Below are positions 10,449 through 19,228 of a stretch of 64,000 nucleotides of DNA, one piece after another (positions within the stretch are counted from its first letter, which is position 1; the number at the start of each line of letters is the position of its first letter). A model generated the notes under the pieces. It was not told the DNA's origin, made no database searches, and saw only the letters and a list, made by a program, of their open reading frames with translations. The position numbers and the translations under genes were made by a program. The stretch is from Spirochaetia bacterium (GTDB lineage: Bacteria > Spirochaetota > Spirochaetia > SZUA-6 > Bin103): contig CBDBDQ010000005.1 in assembly GCA_965203905.1 (NCBI GenBank), forward strand, positions 3,680,001-3,744,000, read 5' to 3'.

Positions 10449-11444
10449 TCACGGTATGGGCGTCGGCACGGCACAGCGGCGCGCCACCTCGCGTGCGAGC
10501 GCTCTGAAGTCGCGGTAGCAGCCGCGCACCGCACTCACGTGGCCACCGATGGCGCCATCCGCCGGTTTCAGGGCGAACATAGGCTTGCGCGCTTCCTGAG
10601 CGAGCGGCATGAGGCTGCGGAAGTGCTTGAGGATGGCGAGGCAAAGCGGGTCCTCCTCCATGGGCGGGCAGGGCCCGTCGCTTTCCCCAATGACCGAATC
10701 GCGGTATGCGCGCGGAATGCGATCCATCCACCGTTCGTATGCCATGAACGGACGGTTCAGACGCACCGCATGTGGGAGCACCACGTAGCCGATCGGCCGC
10801 ATGTCGCCACCCGGCAGGTCGAGGGCCGCCAACGGATTGCGGTCCCGCCGTTCCGACCACTCCCTGCGCCATCGATTCAGCGTCGGACCGAGATTGCGCA
10901 GACCCTGGAGCGAATGCAGGTCGGGCGCCAGCGGCACTACCACGTGATCGGCCGCCACCAGCGCCGCCCGGTTGAGTGCGCCGATGTTGGGGCCGACATC
11001 CAGCAGAATGAGGTCGGCCGCGCTGTCCTCGGCGGCCATCTGCAGCACTCGCCAGATCGCTGAAAGCAAGCGAAAGGCTCGTGGCTTTCGGTCGAGGCAG
11101 TCTGGCCAGCTACTCCCCAGTTCGTCCTCCGCGCCGGACAGAAGCATGTCGCCGGGGACCAGGACCACTCCCATCTCCGGCCGCGCGACCGCAGGTTTCT
11201 TCACGTCACCCGTGCCCTCCAGGAGCGGGCGCAGGGCCGAATAGATCGTGCCGTCGGTGCGGTCGTCGGTCCACAGCTCTTCCAGCTCTTTATCTTCCAG
11301 AAACGTGCTGGTGAGGTTCGCCTGCGGGTCGAGGTCGGCCACAACCACGTCGTAGTCCAGGTTGGCGTACATCCAGGCGAGATGGTAGACGAGTGATGTC
11401 TTGCCAACCCCGCCCTTGTTGTTGAATACGGCGATGCTCGTCAC
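10449..11444 (-). CDS. Orphan ParA/Soj-family ATPase
   Basis: FNNKGGVGKTS deviant Walker A, DLDPQANLT and LDVGPN. Confidence 0.9.
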   Translation of the reverse strand: MTSIAVFNNKGGVGKTSLVYHLAWMYANLDYDVVVADLDPQANLTSTFLEDKELEELWTDDRTDGTIYSALRPLLEGTGDVKKPAVARPEMGVVLVPGDMLLSGAEDELGSSWPDCLDRKPRAFRLLSAIWRVLQMAAEDSAADLILLDVGPNIGALNRAALVAADHVVVPLAPDLHSLQGLRNLGPTLNRWRREWSERRDRNPLAALDLPGGDMRPIGYVVLPHAVRLNRPFMAYERWMDRIPRAYRDSVIGESDGPCPPMEEDPLCLAILKHFRSLMPLAQEARKPMFALKPADGAIGGHVSAVRGCYRDFRALAREVARRCAVPTPIP

Positions 11445-11632
11445 GGGACCGCCCTCACTTTGACCCCAACCAGCACCACGCTCGGCTTCCCGTGGCCCGA
11501 CAGGTCCTCCGCGAACGCACAGACGTTGCGCCGAATCTTCCTGCCATCGGCGGCCGTCTCCTTGCGTTCCACCAAGTCCGACTCCAGGTCGGACATCATC
11601 GCCTCGAGTTCGGCGTCGGAGTACGTCGCCAT
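11441..11632 (-). pseudogene. Internally deleted Schlafen/AlbA_2 ATP-binding protein
   Basis: ESDLVERKE...VCAFAEDL...VLVGV is an AlbA_2 N-terminus that ends after 63 aa, with its stop overlapping the ParA start. Confidence 0.7.
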
Positions 11633-11655
11633 CAGCTATACCGTTGGCAATGACA

Positions 11656-12051
11656 TCACGGTTTCTTCAGTTCCGGGAAGTAGGTGCCGTAGAATCCGCG
11701 GTCGCGCGTCAGGAAAACATCCGCGCTTTTCAGGGCATGGGCGGCGATCAGGAAGTCGGGGAGGATCCTCGTGCGTGGTCCACCGGCACGCCGGTATCCC
11801 ATCCAGCGCCGCCCCGCCTCCCATGCGACGGATGCATCGAGTGGTGAGAGTGTTACGTTGACCTGCTGCAGGGCGTTGTCCAGGGCGATCCGGTCGTCAA
11901 AGGCCGGCGCCAACTCCGCGTACACCACGTCACAGATGATCAGGGCGCCGCGGTCGTACGCGCTGCGCAGCCGCTGTTTCGACGATGGGCCGTGCTGTTT
12001 GTCCGCCAGGAACACGTCCAGCAACACACTGGTGTCGACCGCGGTAATCAC
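11656..12051 (-). CDS. vapC: PIN-domain VapC toxin
   Basis: MITAVDTSVLLD, VYAE, PDFLIAAHA and TRDRGFY; paralog of 6547-6984. Confidence 0.9.
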   Translation of the reverse strand: MITAVDTSVLLDVFLADKQHGPSSKQRLRSAYDRGALIICDVVYAELAPAFDDRIALDNALQQVNVTLSPLDASVAWEAGRRWMGYRRAGGPRTRILPDFLIAAHALKSADVFLTRDRGFYGTYFPELKKP

Positions 12052-12263
12052 CTGCCGCGAATCTCTTCAAGAAAGTCGTCGGTGCTCCCACCGTGGCCAA
12101 GCAGCCCGTAGACGCGTTCAACGGGATGCTCGGCGGTCGTACGCTTCCGTATGAGCAATCCGTCTTCGGTCGGCGTGATCTCGACCTCGACATTGTGATT
12201 CATCCCGTACCGTTCGCGCAGCGGTTTGGGTATGGTGATCTGACCCCGCTCGGAGATGTGCAT
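12048..12263 (-). CDS. AbrB/MazE-family antitoxin
   Basis: MHISERGQITIPKPLRERYGM; stop overlaps the toxin start. Confidence 0.88.
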   Translation of the reverse strand: MHISERGQITIPKPLRERYGMNHNVEVEITPTEDGLLIRKRTTAEHPVERVYGLLGHGGSTDDFLEEIRGR

Positions 12264-12351
12264 GTTTCTTCCAGTATGAATTGCCGACTCGCACAAACGT
12301 ACCCACTGTCGCGGAGTGTGGCAACCAGAGGAGTGCGGTGAAACAGGTCAG

Positions 12352-12456
12352 CGCCCCAAAACCGTCGCCTGTCGGCGCCGCTTTTGGCCCAGCCGCGCCG
12401 GTCCGTACGGAGTCCGTCGGACATGCCGCTAACGCGTCAATCCGACAGACTCCTAG
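12352..12456. repeat. ~105-bp dispersed repeat / MITE-like element, copy 1
   Basis: Similar to 53806-53908; internal inverted repeat GGAGTCCGTCGG...CCGACAGACTCC ending at CTAG. Confidence 0.75.
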
Positions 12457-13562
12457 CGGTAGGGGTCGGCGGCGTCGCGCAGGCCGTCGCCAAGGAAGTT
12501 GTAGGCCAGCACGGTGACGATCACGGCGAACACCGGCAGGATCAGCCACGGGTTGATGCCGACGGTCTGCACGTTCTGGGCCTCCTTGAGCAGCACGCCC
12601 CAACTGGTCACCGGCGCGCGCAGCCCCAGGCCCAGGAACGAGAGCGAGGTCTCGGCCAGGATCATGCCCGGCACCGACAGCGTCAAGGACACGATGATGT
12701 AGCTGAGCATGCTCGGCAGCATGTGGCGGCGCACGATGTCCGGCATGCTGCTGCCGGCGATCTTGGCGGCGGAGATGAAGTCCTGCTCGCGTACCGACAG
12801 CAGCCGGCTGCGCACCACCCGCGCCAGCCCGGTCCAGCCGATCAGCGACACGATTATGGTGATGGCGAAGTACACCGCCAGCGACGACCAGTCGGGCGGC
12901 AGCGCCGCGCTCAGCGCCATCCACAGCGGGATGGTGGGGAACGACATGATCACTTCGATGACGCGCTGCACCGCCATGTCGGCGGCGCCGCCGAAGTAGC
13001 CGGAGATGCCGCCCATGGTGAGGCCGATCACCAGCGAGAAGCACACTCCGAGCAGGCCGATGGTGAGCGAGATGCGCGCGCCGTACACGATGCGCGAGAA
13101 CAGGTCGCGGCCCATGCGGTCGGTGCCGAGCAGAAAAACCACCCCCCCGTCGGCAACTGCAAACAGGTGGCGGTCGGTCGGGAACAACCCCCAGAACCGG
13201 TATTCCGGTCCGCGCCCCAACAGCCGGACCGGGTAGCGCTCGCCGGTCGGCGTATACGTCCGCCGCAGCGTCTCCTGGTCGATGTTCTTCTGCAGCCCGA
13301 TCATGTAGGGCGCAACCAGGCGCCCCTGGTCGAGGATGCGGACGCGCTGCGGCGGCACGAAGATGTACGCGACGTGGCGCTGCTCCAGCGTGTAGGGCGC
13401 CACGAATTCCGCCAGGATTCCCACCGCGTAGAACACGGCCAGCACCACCGCGCCGGCCACGGCCAGGCGATGCCGCCGGAAGTTGCGCCACATGAGCTGC
13501 CACTGCGAGGCGAGGTAGTAGCTCTCCCGCTCCGCGCTCTCCTGCCGCTGCGTGACGGCCAC
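12453..13562 (-). CDS. Peptide/nickel ABC transporter permease (DppC/OppC-like)
   Basis: LGTDRMGRDLFSR, EAA-like loop and NFLGDGLRDAADP. Confidence 0.93.
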   Translation of the reverse strand: MAVTQRQESAERESYYLASQWQLMWRNFRRHRLAVAGAVVLAVFYAVGILAEFVAPYTLEQRHVAYIFVPPQRVRILDQGRLVAPYMIGLQKNIDQETLRRTYTPTGERYPVRLLGRGPEYRFWGLFPTDRHLFAVADGGVVFLLGTDRMGRDLFSRIVYGARISLTIGLLGVCFSLVIGLTMGGISGYFGGAADMAVQRVIEVIMSFPTIPLWMALSAALPPDWSSLAVYFAITIIVSLIGWTGLARVVRSRLLSVREQDFISAAKIAGSSMPDIVRRHMLPSMLSYIIVSLTLSVPGMILAETSLSFLGLGLRAPVTSWGVLLKEAQNVQTVGINPWLILPVFAVIVTVLAYNFLGDGLRDAADPYR

Positions 13563-13568
13563 GGGCTG

Positions 13569-14564
13569 CTAAGCCTCTGCCCGCTCGAAACGGATGCGCG
13601 GGTCGAGCACCACCAGCAGGATGTCCGATATCAGGGTGCCGATGACCGTCAGCAGGGCCAGGATGAACAGGAACGATCCGGCCAGGAACATGTCCTGGCT
13701 GAGCAGCGCCTGCAGCAGCAACGGGCCGGTGGTGGGCAGGCTCAGCACCACCGCCGTGATCGCCGAGCCGGAGATGATCTCCGGCAGCAGCCAGCCGATG
13801 GTGGACACGATCGGGAACAGCGAGATGCGCACCGGGTACTTGAACAGCAGGCGCACCTCGCCCACGCCCTTGGAACGCGCGGTGATCACGTACTGGCGGC
13901 GGATTTCGTCGAGCAGGCAGCCGCGCATCACCCGGATCAGGCCGGCGGTGCCGGCGGTGCCGATCACGATGACCGGGATCCACAGGTGGCTGATCAGGTC
14001 GAAGACGCGCGCCAGCGACCAGGGGGCGTCGATCATGTGCGGCGAGAACAGGCCGCCGATGCTGAGCCCGAACAGCCGGTAGAACACGAACATCAACACC
14101 AGCGCCAGCAGGAAGTTGGGGGTAGCCAGCCCGATGAAGCCGGTGAACGTGAAGCCGTAGTCGAACAGCGAATACTGGCGGGTGGCGGAGTAGATCCCGA
14201 TCGGGATCGCCACCGTGTAGGTGAAGATCAGGGTCGCCACGGTCACCAGCATGGTGAGCCCGAGCCGGCTCCAGATCAGCTCCGACACCGGCTTGTCCCA
14301 GCCGAACGACATGCCGAATTCGCCCCGCATCACGCCCCACAGCCAGATCAGGTACTGCTGCCAGAGCGGCTTGTCCAGGCCGTAACGGCGCCGCAGCGCA
14401 TCCAGCGTTTCGTCGTCGACCCAGTCGCCGGTTTCCGAGAACTCGGCTTGCAGGGCGCTTATGTAGTCACCCGGCGGAAGCTGGATCAGGACGAAGCTGA
14501 TGATCGAGATGATCAGCAGCGTCGGCACCATGTAGACCAGCCGCCGCCCGATGTAACGGAACAC
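13569..14564 (-). CDS. Peptide/nickel ABC transporter permease (DppB/OppB-like)
   Basis: YIGRRL, YGLDKPLWQQY, YVITARSKG and LDPRIR. Confidence 0.93.
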   Translation of the reverse strand: MFRYIGRRLVYMVPTLLIISIISFVLIQLPPGDYISALQAEFSETGDWVDDETLDALRRRYGLDKPLWQQYLIWLWGVMRGEFGMSFGWDKPVSELIWSRLGLTMLVTVATLIFTYTVAIPIGIYSATRQYSLFDYGFTFTGFIGLATPNFLLALVLMFVFYRLFGLSIGGLFSPHMIDAPWSLARVFDLISHLWIPVIVIGTAGTAGLIRVMRGCLLDEIRRQYVITARSKGVGEVRLLFKYPVRISLFPIVSTIGWLLPEIISGSAITAVVLSLPTTGPLLLQALLSQDMFLAGSFLFILALLTVIGTLISDILLVVLDPRIRFERAEA

Positions 14565-14697
14565 CCTACCGGCTCACCGCTTTCGCGGCGGTCTCTCAGC
14601 GTTCAGGCGTTCACTGACGGGGAGACCGCCACGTTGCCGCGGCGCCTCCCCCTCGACGCGTCTCGCGAGCGCCGCCGTTCCGTCGCCGGACGGTCCG

Positions 14698-16623
14698 TCA
14701 TTCGACGTAATAGAACTGCTCCGGCTGGAAGCTCCCGGGCGAACGCGCGATGGCGCTGTAGGGCGCCCGCTCCGGTACGTTGCGCATCTTTGCGTTGACC
14801 ACCCCGATGATCGGCGGCGGCGGGCTCAGCGTGCCGATGTCCCACAGGTGCTCCACCTTGAGGCGCAGAATGTCCTTGAACAGCTCGTACTGCTTCTCGG
14901 TATCGACGGTCAGCTTGATCTCCTCGTACAGCGCAATGGTCTGCTTGACGTAGTCGGGCGGCTCTTCGCCGCGCTCGCCGCCGCTCTCGTACCAGTGCTG
15001 CCACGCCGGCGCCCACAGCACCTGCCCGCCGGTGGGTACGTAATAGCGCGGCCAGGTCAGCGGCATCATGGCGCCGCTGCCGCCCCACATGCTCACGTCC
15101 ATGTCGTTGCTCGAGTAGCGCTCCTGCCACAGGGAGCGTTCGATCACCTTCATGTTGGTCTTGACGCCGACCGCCTCCCAGTATTCCCGGGTCAGCTCGG
15201 CGAGGTCCGCGAAGTTGTCGGTGATCTCCAGGGTGAGGCTGAACTCCTCGCCGCTGAGGCCGAGCCGGAAGCCCTTGCCGTCGCGGGCGCTCAGCCCCAT
15301 CTCGTCGAGCAGCGCGTTGGCCTTGTCGGGGGAGTACTCCACGTAAGCGGTGGCCAGCTCGGGCAGGTGGAACGGCGACTCGGGAAACGGTTGCGCCTGG
15401 GACGGAATGCCGGCCAGGCCGCCGTACACCAGCTCGTTGATGTCGTTGCGGTTGAGCGCGTAGGACATCGCCTTGCGGAAGCGCGCGTCACTCACCACGG
15501 CGCGCTTGTCGGGGTCCCTGTTGGACAGGTTGATGCTGATGATGCCGTCCTGCTCCCGGTCCTGGATGTAGGTCAGGGTGCGGTAGCCGCCGCGTTCCTC
15601 GTTCTCCTTGAACAGGGTGAAGTTGGTCGGGCTCAGATGGCGGAACTGGAAGTCCAGCTCGCCGGCCGACGCTTTCAGGTTGATCACCTCGCGGTCGGTC
15701 ACCAGCTCGAAGGTGACCCGGTCGATGTAGGGAAGCTGGCGCCCTTCGGTGTCCACCCACCAGAAGTAGGGGTTGCGCTCCATCACCAGGCGCGTGGAAG
15801 CGGGATCGTTGGTCGCTGTCCAGGCGCTCAGGGAGGGATCGCCGGGCCTGTAGATCCGGCCGCCGCCGAGGTGCGGCCCGATAAGGTTGAGCCAGGATTC
15901 GACGCCGGCTTCCTTGACCTTCCCGTCCAGCTCGTCGGCGTCGGCGAAGTCGGGGTGGAACTGCCGCAGGAAATGCGACGGCAGGATGAAGTTGAAGCCC
16001 TGCGAGGCGCCCAGGAATGCCGTGAACAGGCCGTACGGATTCTTGAAGCGGAACCGCACCGTGTAATCGTCCAGCTTGTCGATCGCCACCGCTTCGCCGC
16101 CGACCGTCAGCCACCCCCAGGGCCGCGGGGTGATCTCTGTGTTGGTGAAGATATTGTCGTACCACCAGGTGAGGTCCTCCGCCGTGAAATCGTCGCCGTC
16201 CGACCAGCGGGTGCCGGGGCGCAGGTGGAACACGAACTCGCGCCCGCCGTCACTCACGTCGAAGCTGGTCGCCAGGTTGGGGACGATCGCGCTGACGTCG
16301 GGGGTGAAGCGCACCAGGCGTTGCGACATCAGGCGCTTGACGTTGGAGCCGTCCGCCGGACCGCGCCAGGCGCGGCGCAGGGTGCCGCCGTAACGGCCCA
16401 GCTCGTCGCGCGGGGTGATCACCAGTGGCTCGTCCGGCAGCCGCTCGGCGAGAGGCGGCAGGTCGCCGGACGCGACCAGGGCCGCCAGTGCCGGCGCCTC
16501 CATCACGCTGGCGTCGGCGGCGGTGGGCTCCGCCGCGGCGGGCTGTTCCGACTCGCCGCCGGCCCAGGCGCCCGCCGCAGACAGCAGCGCCAGCGCGGCG
16601 ATCGATGAGAGTGTTTGGTACAC
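14698..16623 (-). CDS. ABC transporter substrate-binding protein, family 5
   Basis: Signal peptide, LPPLAERLPDEPLV, GTRWSDG and RNPYFWWVD..G.QLPYID; GTG start with GAGGAGG RBS. Confidence 0.92.
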   Translation of the reverse strand: MYQTLSSIAALALLSAAGAWAGGESEQPAAAEPTAADASVMEAPALAALVASGDLPPLAERLPDEPLVITPRDELGRYGGTLRRAWRGPADGSNVKRLMSQRLVRFTPDVSAIVPNLATSFDVSDGGREFVFHLRPGTRWSDGDDFTAEDLTWWYDNIFTNTEITPRPWGWLTVGGEAVAIDKLDDYTVRFRFKNPYGLFTAFLGASQGFNFILPSHFLRQFHPDFADADELDGKVKEAGVESWLNLIGPHLGGGRIYRPGDPSLSAWTATNDPASTRLVMERNPYFWWVDTEGRQLPYIDRVTFELVTDREVINLKASAGELDFQFRHLSPTNFTLFKENEERGGYRTLTYIQDREQDGIISINLSNRDPDKRAVVSDARFRKAMSYALNRNDINELVYGGLAGIPSQAQPFPESPFHLPELATAYVEYSPDKANALLDEMGLSARDGKGFRLGLSGEEFSLTLEITDNFADLAELTREYWEAVGVKTNMKVIERSLWQERYSSNDMDVSMWGGSGAMMPLTWPRYYVPTGGQVLWAPAWQHWYESGGERGEEPPDYVKQTIALYEEIKLTVDTEKQYELFKDILRLKVEHLWDIGTLSPPPPIIGVVNAKMRNVPERAPYSAIARSPGSFQPEQFYYVE

Positions 16624-16662
16624 GATAACCTCCTCGTGGGAGTGCGGATGATAGTAGCGCTC

Positions 16663-16691
16663 AGAATAGCAGACCTCTGGTGCCCTGTACA
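16663..16691 (-). promoter_or_regulatory. Putative sigma70 promoter of the SBP operon
   Basis: Minus strand TGTACA-17bp-TATTCT with extended -10 TGn. Confidence 0.45.
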
Positions 16692-16766
16692 CGATTCCGG
16701 TTGATCGGGGTGCATTCCGTCACTGTGGTAGCGGTCAGGCAGCCTCGAGCTGGGTCTGGGTGGATT

Positions 16767-16950
16767 GGCGACCACGTTTCTTGCAGGCCCCCTCGACTGC
16801 CCCGCTGCCGATCGGCAGACCGCACGACCGATACAGCGGGTAGTCCATGCGCTGCTGGTTGGCCGTGAAGTAGTTGATCTCGCCCTGGAGGTCGTAGCAC
16901 TGCTGCTTGCTGTAGCGCCCACTGGCGTGCGATTCCTGCAGTTCCTTGAT
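16767..16950 (-). pseudogene. ISKra4/UPF0236-type transposase C-terminal fragment
   Basis: Minus strand INYFTANQQRMDYPLYRSCGLPIGSGAVEGACK. Confidence 0.8.
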
Positions 16951-17003
16951 TTACGGCGGCCACGCACCCCTGGTGCAGCAGGCTGCGCCATCACAGCGCA
17001 TCG

Positions 17004-17400
17004 AAGGTCATCGTCACCGGCGCCTGCGGCGGTATCGGTGAGGCGATCGCGCGCGCCTTCGCCGGCGCCGGCGCGGCGACATCCGCGCCGCGGAGCTGGC
17101 ACACCTGGCCACGGTGCTCACTGGGCAGGGTGCGACGGTGTACCACGAAGTGGTCGACGTGACCGAAGACGCGGCGGTGCAGGCGTTCTGCCGGTCGGCC
17201 GCTGGCGCTCTCGACGTGGTCAATCAGTTCGTCAACACCGTGGGCGTCGTCGACAACATGGGCGACGTCGTGGACCTGGCGCCGGAGGTGTGGGTGTCGG
17301 CCGTCTCGTTGAAGACGTGGCGGGAGGTCTTTGCCGTGAACGTCGAGGCGGCTCTGACGGCATCGCAGCAGGCGGCGGTGCGGCAGATGTCCCGGCCGGT
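17004..17400 (+). pseudogene. Frameshifted, truncated SDR oxidoreductase
   Basis: KVIVTGACGGIGEAIARAF, then VDVTEDAAVQAF...WREVFAVNV in another frame; no catalytic YxxxK. Confidence 0.7.
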
Positions 17401-17633
17401 GCTGCCGGCTGACGATCCAAAAAATCCCAGAAATTCGCAAGAAAAACACTTGACGCATTCTGACGCGCTCATGACGGCCCTCTACGGGCCGTAGCGGCGC
17501 TTCCGACTTTCCAGAGAACACTTCGCGCCCGCTGGCTCGACAGCGCCCTGCTACGCCCGTCCTGAGCCATCTCCGACGCCTGTCCGAGACCTGGAAGTTC
17601 GTGGCATTTTCAATTCAGTGGTATATTTACGCC

Positions 17634-18932
17634 ATGACGAACGTGACCGAAGCAGCCTCCGAAGAGCTCCTCTCCACGGTCGCCGTGCTCCCCGACCAGG
17701 TGCTGCTGGAGCGGACCAGAATGCTCGCCCGCCACGAGCAGGCGCTGCAGCTCAGCGTCCTCGACCACCTGCGCGAAATCGAGGCCCGGCGCCTGTACCT
17801 GCGCCTCGGCTACTCCAGCTTGTTCGACTACACCGTGCGCGAGTTGCACTATACCGAGGCAGCCGCGTGGCGGCGTATCAAGGCCATGCGCCTGTGCCGC
17901 GAGACCCGCGGCGTCCGCGCGTGGCTGCAGGACGGCTCGCTGAACCTGAGCAACGCCGCCCTGTTGCAGAACTCGTTCGAGCGCTGGGACCGTAGCGCAG
18001 GCGGACGGACCGCCACCGGATCGCCGGGAGCCGGCACCAACGCCGCGCCGCGTGCCGGCTCGGCTCCATCCGCGACGCCGGGCGAGGCGCAGGGTGCGCC
18101 ATCGCCGGTGCTGGATGCGCACGCCCGGCAGCGGCTGGTGGAGCAGGCGGTGGGCAAGAGCACGCGGCAGGTGCAGCAGATGCTGGCGGAGGTGGATCCC
18201 GAGGCGGCGGCGCCGGCCGAGCGGCTGCGCGCGCTGGGGGACGGGCGCTGGGAGCTGAGGGCGGTGATCGACGCCGAGTGCCAGCGTGGACTGCAGCAGT
18301 TGCGGGAGCTGCTGTCGCACGTGGATCCGCACCTGACGGTCGGGCAACTCGTCGGGCGGCTGGTGCGGGAGGGAGTGGAGCGCTACGACCCGAGCCGGCC
18401 GCCGCGCCGGAAGCGGAAGTCAGACTCTGCGGGTGGCGAGCGTCCGTCCGGGACAGCGGGGCGGGAGACGGCAGATCGCGTCGCGGCGGCGGCGGTGTCC
18501 CCTTCGGCGGCGAAGCCGCGCGTGGCAGCCGGCGATTCGACTTCGGAGCGGAGCACGGGGGGCGCAGGATCGGCGGAGCCGACTTCGGCGGCGAAGTCCC
18601 GCGTGGCAACCGGTAGTTCGACACCGGAACGGAGGACCGGCGGCGCAGGGGAGCCGACTTCGGTGGAGAAGTCCGCCAGATCGTCGGGCAGATCGATTCC
18701 GGCTGCGGTGAAACGAGAGGTTTGGCGGCGCGACCAGGGCTGCTGCACCTTCGTCGACCGGGACAGCGGGCGGCGCTGCGGCTCACGCTTCTGCCTCGAG
18801 ATGGACCACATCGTTCCGGTCGCGGTGGGCGGCGGCGCGGAGCCGGGGAACCTGGTCTTGCGCTGCGCGGCTCACCACCTTTACCGCCACCAGCGCCGGC
18901 AGCGCTCCGCACCGCGAGACTCGGTGACGTGA
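17634..18932 (+). CDS. HNH endonuclease with a DUF222-like helical N-terminal region
   Basis: LGYSSLFDY...AAWRRI N-terminus; IPAAVKREVWRRDQGCC...C...LEMDHIVP...GG...NL...C..HH; TGnTATATT 6 bp before the ATG. Confidence 0.88.
   Translation: MTNVTEAASEELLSTVAVLPDQVLLERTRMLARHEQALQLSVLDHLREIEARRLYLRLGYSSLFDYTVRELHYTEAAAWRRIKAMRLCRETRGVRAWLQDGSLNLSNAALLQNSFERWDRSAGGRTATGSPGAGTNAAPRAGSAPSATPGEAQGAPSPVLDAHARQRLVEQAVGKSTRQVQQMLAEVDPEAAAPAERLRALGDGRWELRAVIDAECQRGLQQLRELLSHVDPHLTVGQLVGRLVREGVERYDPSRPPRRKRKSDSAGGERPSGTAGRETADRVAAAAVSPSAAKPRVAAGDSTSERSTGGAGSAEPTSAAKSRVATGSSTPERRTGGAGEPTSVEKSARSSGRSIPAAVKREVWRRDQGCCTFVDRDSGRRCGSRFCLEMDHIVPVAVGGGAEPGNLVLRCAAHHLYRHQRRQRSAPRDSVT
18504..18675 (+). repeat. 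Intragenic ~75-81-bp tandem repeats in the HNH linker
   Basis: Units begin TCGGCGGCGAAG at 18504 and 18585, with a partial third at 18660 (SAAKxRVAxGxSTxER..GGAG..EPT). Confidence 0.7.
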
Positions 18933-18947
18933 GGCAAGGTGCCGCTG

Positions 18948-19172
18948 GGGTGCATTCCGTCAGTGTGGTAGCGGTCAGGCCGCCTCGAGCTGGGTCTGGG
19001 TGGGTCTGGGTGGATTCTGGGGTGGGCGATGAGGGAAGCAGGCTTTCGTAGTCGTCCCAGAAGCGACGACTCATCACCGGGGTAGATGCTTACCACATCA
19101 TCGAATCTCTGGGAGGGGTCTCTATTTCCCGTACCACAGATGCCGCAGGTGCCACAGAGAAAGAATGCACCC
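18948..19172. mobile_element. Internally deleted IS copy (MITE) with both terminal inverted repeats
   Basis: 18947-19016 repeats 16707-16766 (2 mismatches plus a 10-bp duplication); ends in GAATGCACCC; minus strand carries the probable transposase tail VMSRRFWDDY...QLEAA*. Confidence 0.72.
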
Positions 19173-19228
19173 GGTTGATCGCAATGATCGTCGGTTGCGC
19201 TCATCGCGAAGTTGCGTGAGGATTCGTC

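Larger units (their letters stand above)
16708..19172. mobile_element. Non-autonomous ISKra4/ISLre2-type composite element carrying an HNH gene
   Basis: TIRs GGGTGCATTCCGTCACTGTGGTA / GGGTGCATTCTTTCTCTGTGGCA (19/23); 9-bp direct repeat GGTTGATCG at 16699-16707 and 19173-19181; transposase remnants inside. Confidence 0.8.

Noticed and set aside
5784-12300. Integron cassette array explaining the TA cluster
   Set aside because: No integron integrase, mixed gene orientations and no repeated attC-like sites were detected.
12118-14798. Very long alternative-frame ORFs (e.g. 12118-14340, 12384-14798; also 27303-29570, 37775-39949)
   Set aside because: These are shadow ORFs typical of high-GC DNA, overlapping well-supported genes and lacking motifs.
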